A stretch of 42,603 nucleotides of DNA, taken from the IMG/VR virus record IMGVR_UViG_3300048574_000092, positions 1-42,603 of that record, one strand, 5' to 3'. Numbering within the stretch: the first letter of the stretch is position 1; every line of letters begins with the position of its first letter. This DNA is from a virus. The translations under genes were made by a program, and so were the position numbers. Below, one piece after another: positions 40,772-42,603 of the stretch. The notes beneath the pieces were generated by a model, which saw nothing but the letters and a program-made list of their open reading frames with translations, was not told where the DNA came from and ran no database searches.

Positions 40772-41025
40772 TGATTCCAGAAGCGCTCGTGGCATGGCTT
40801 GGAACAACGTTCGGCCGCATCTGCGCCGGCGCCGCCATCGCCGTTCTCACCTCCGGCGTGATCTGGGGTGCTCTCAAAATTCACGACAGCAAAGTGATCG
40901 CGTCCCATGAAGCCAAAATAGACAAGGCGACCACCAATGCGACTCAAACCATTCGCGCTTCTGGCGCTCGTTCCACTGATCCACGGGTGCGCGGGGTCAT
41001 CGACCCTTCCACTAAAGACGACTGA
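40771..41025 (+). CDS. i-spanin-like protein (N-terminal TM)
   Basis: MIPEALVAWLGTTFGRICAGAAIAVLTSGVIWGAL is followed by a polar domain. It shows TGATG coupling to the lysozyme gene. Confidence 0.5.
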   Translation: MIPEALVAWLGTTFGRICAGAAIAVLTSGVIWGALKIHDSKVIASHEAKIDKATTNATQTIRASGARSTDPRVRGVIDPSTKDD

Positions 41026-41209
41026 GATGCTGGAGTCGATTCCAAGGGTCGATAACAGCCGCAAATCGCCCTGCTGGCAGCAACGTCAGATCGCAGCCCA
41101 GAACACAGCCTTGGACACCGCTCTCAAGAAGACGAAGCAGGTCTACAAGGCCCCATGTGACGTGGATGCGCCGGCGAAGTCTCGTGAACCGAAAACCCCG
41201 GTGAGCTGA
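40937..41209 (+). CDS. o-spanin-like lipoprotein, overlapping the i-spanin 3' end in another frame
   Basis: MRLKPFALLALVPLIHGC is a signal plus lipobox-like Cys. The overlapped architecture is typical of Rz/Rz1 pairs. Confidence 0.5.
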   Translation: MRLKPFALLALVPLIHGCAGSSTLPLKTTEMLESIPRVDNSRKSPCWQQRQIAAQNTALDTALKKTKQVYKAPCDVDAPAKSREPKTPVS

Positions 41210-41210
41210 C

Positions 41211-42494
41211 ATGGCAGAGCCTACTTACCGCATGAGCATGTTGCCGTTCGGGACCTACGCAAACCCGGACGGAACGGAATCTCTCGGGCTTGCTGTGCCT
41301 GGAATGATCCAAGAGCCGATCAACGCGCTTATGCGCTTGGCTGAGAACAGCAGGCTTCCAGACGGACGGTTAGGCATCCCCAATCCTGACAACGCTCAAA
41401 ATCGGGAGGACGTTCTGACAGGGCTTCTGTCGATGTACGGCGGAAACGCGATGAACCCGGGACGGCTGATGAAAGGGGCAGCCGCGAAGGCAGCTCCTGA
41501 AGCCGCTCGCGAAGCGCCGTATGCCATGTACCGCGGCGCACCGAACGCCGAAGGTCTGTTTCCGACTGATCGTCCACTCTTCATGTCGTCATCTCCAGAG
41601 GTCGCAGGAACCTACGCCGGAATGGTTCCCGACGGTCCGGGTGCCGGGTCGGTTGCTCCTGCGCAAGCCAGCTTCGTCAATCCCATGGTCGTCGATGCAC
41701 AGGGCCGTGCCTGGAATGACATCCCTTTCAACGGGAACTGGATCGATTCAAACGCTCTAACCTATTGGGCGCGGGATGCCGGTCACGACGGCCTCGTTAT
41801 CAAGAACGTCACCGACCATCTCGGAGCGCCTGGCTCTGTTGCGCCAGCCGATACCGTCGTTGCTTTGAAACGAGGGACAGTCTCATCACCTTTGACGGGT
41901 GAAACCCTCTACTCCGACACCGGAAAGCCCTCCCTTTTTGGAAGCGCCGTGGCAGGTGCGGAAGCGAACAAGCCGATGCGCGCTTACCGGGGATATGGTG
42001 GACGATCAGAGGACGAAGCGTTTCTGTATCCAGAACGAGACATGCTATTTGCCTCATCGGACCCTCACACCGCTGCCACCTACGCCAATTCAGCTCCGAA
42101 TGGCGATCCCGTTCTGTCGCGCTACGGGATATCGACCCAAGGTGCTGTGGCTCCGCTCGAAATGAACTTCGAAAACCCGCTCCGCGTAGATGCGCAGGGG
42201 AGCGTTTGGGATCAGATCCCGTTCGATGGCAAGACCTGGTCGACAACGGATGAAATCGCCAGCCTTGCGCGCGAGCGCGGTCACGATGGGCTGATCCTGG
42301 ACAATATTCGCGATGGGATCGGAACAGCGGGAAATTACCTGCCTCCAGCCAGCACGTATGTCGCTCTAAAGCGTGGCACCGTCACCTCTCCGCTGACAGG
42401 TGAAACGCTCTTCTCCGACAACCTTCCCTCGATCTGGGGCAACGCTCTTGCTCCCTATCAAGACGAACCCCGTAACGCTCTCCTGAACTACTAG
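41211..42494 (+). CDS. 427-aa protein made of two tandem copies of an unrecognised ~150-aa domain
   Basis: The internal repeat is read directly: YRG..LF.SS..YA..NP..VDAQG..W..IPF.G...GHDGL(I/V)..N..D...ALKRGTV.SPLTGETL(Y/F)SD occurs twice. Confidence 0.75.
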   Translation: MAEPTYRMSMLPFGTYANPDGTESLGLAVPGMIQEPINALMRLAENSRLPDGRLGIPNPDNAQNREDVLTGLLSMYGGNAMNPGRLMKGAAAKAAPEAAREAPYAMYRGAPNAEGLFPTDRPLFMSSSPEVAGTYAGMVPDGPGAGSVAPAQASFVNPMVVDAQGRAWNDIPFNGNWIDSNALTYWARDAGHDGLVIKNVTDHLGAPGSVAPADTVVALKRGTVSSPLTGETLYSDTGKPSLFGSAVAGAEANKPMRAYRGYGGRSEDEAFLYPERDMLFASSDPHTAATYANSAPNGDPVLSRYGISTQGAVAPLEMNFENPLRVDAQGSVWDQIPFDGKTWSTTDEIASLARERGHDGLILDNIRDGIGTAGNYLPPASTYVALKRGTVTSPLTGETLFSDNLPSIWGNALAPYQDEPRNALLNY

Positions 42495-42533
42495 TGCCCG
42501 CGTTCCAACAACCGGAACGAAAGCAAATGACAG

Positions 42534-42603
42534 ATGCACAACTCTCCAGAGTTGCCGCCGAACTGGCAATGGATGCTGGCTATCGAGCGTCGGCTTATCC
42601 GCC
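42534..42603 (+). CDS. 5' part of the junction-spanning small ORF (continues at 40..224)
   Basis: ATG 42534 is in frame with ATG 9 (= 42573), and a stop lies just upstream at 42528. Confidence 0.5.
   Translation, partial: MHNSPELPPNWQWMLAIERRLIR
42565..42603. repeat. Terminal overlap, copy 2 (identical to 1..39)
   Basis: Direct comparison of the two ends. Confidence 0.97.

Larger units (their letters stand above)
1..42603. mobile_element. Complete circular genome of a temperate phage (attP/integrase, immunity region, P22-like podovirus late module)
   Basis: The ends overlap by an exact 39 bp. Every canonical phage module occurs once and there are no flanking host genes. Only a 3' tRNA fragment (attP-type) is present, not a whole tRNA. 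Confidence 0.85.

Noticed and set aside
41211-42494. ADP-ribosyltransferase (R-S-E) assignment for the duplicated domain
   Set aside because: The Y-R-G to S-S spacing is much shorter than in the ARTs I know. No E-x-E or Q-x-E motif is conserved between the two copies. It is kept only as a low-probability idea.
1-42603. CRISPR array, rRNA, or complete tRNA genes
   Set aside because: No regularly spaced direct repeats with unique spacers were seen. The only repeat arrays are the 11-bp-phased iterons and a few 2-copy motifs. No rRNA-like or full cloverleaf sequences were seen in the non-coding gaps.

Overview
The window is a complete, circularly closed temperate phage genome. Bases 1-39 recur exactly at 42565-42603, so the unique length is 42,564 bp. 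The DNA is visibly GC-rich (alphaproteobacterium-like) and densely packed, with many ATGA/TGATG start-stop overlaps. No host flanks are present.

Layout:
- attP, made of the 3' part of a tRNA-Val(UAC)-like sequence, next to a tyrosine integrase and an excisionase.
- A ~9-kb leftward early operon: RecT, a Gp157-family protein, an HNH nuclease, many small unknowns and several tiny membrane peptides.
- A lambda-like immunity region. An XRE repressor lies between two promoters that each carry a 15-bp TTCA-N7-TGAA operator in the spacer. Two secreted-protein morons sit in the rexAB-equivalent position.
- A rightward early operon: Cro-like protein, replication initiator with an internal phased-iteron origin, GapR-like DUF2312 protein, N6-adenine methyltransferase and a NusG/RfaH-like factor.
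- An unusual divergent block (17.6-21.2 kb): two architecture-related multi-TM coiled-coil proteins, an RHH protein and a Lar-like zinc-ribbon protein.
- A beta-helix tail fibre plus a NeuD-like acyltransferase moron.
- A P22-like late module: terS, terL, portal, scaffold, coat, decoration, gp4/gp10-like proteins, three ejection-type proteins and a second tail fibre.
- A lysis cassette: a COG5526-type lysozyme with C-terminal TM helices and overlapping spanins.
- An att-proximal 427-aa protein built from two tandem copies of an unrecognised domain.

No rRNA, complete tRNA, CRISPR array, reverse transcriptase or DGR was seen.

Best candidates for undescribed biology:
- the 17.6-21.2 kb membrane/regulator block;
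- the duplicated-domain protein at 41211-42494;
- the antisense ORF pair plus 320-bp non-coding stretch at 12.8-13.5 kb.

All functional calls come from reading motifs by eye. No database search was run.
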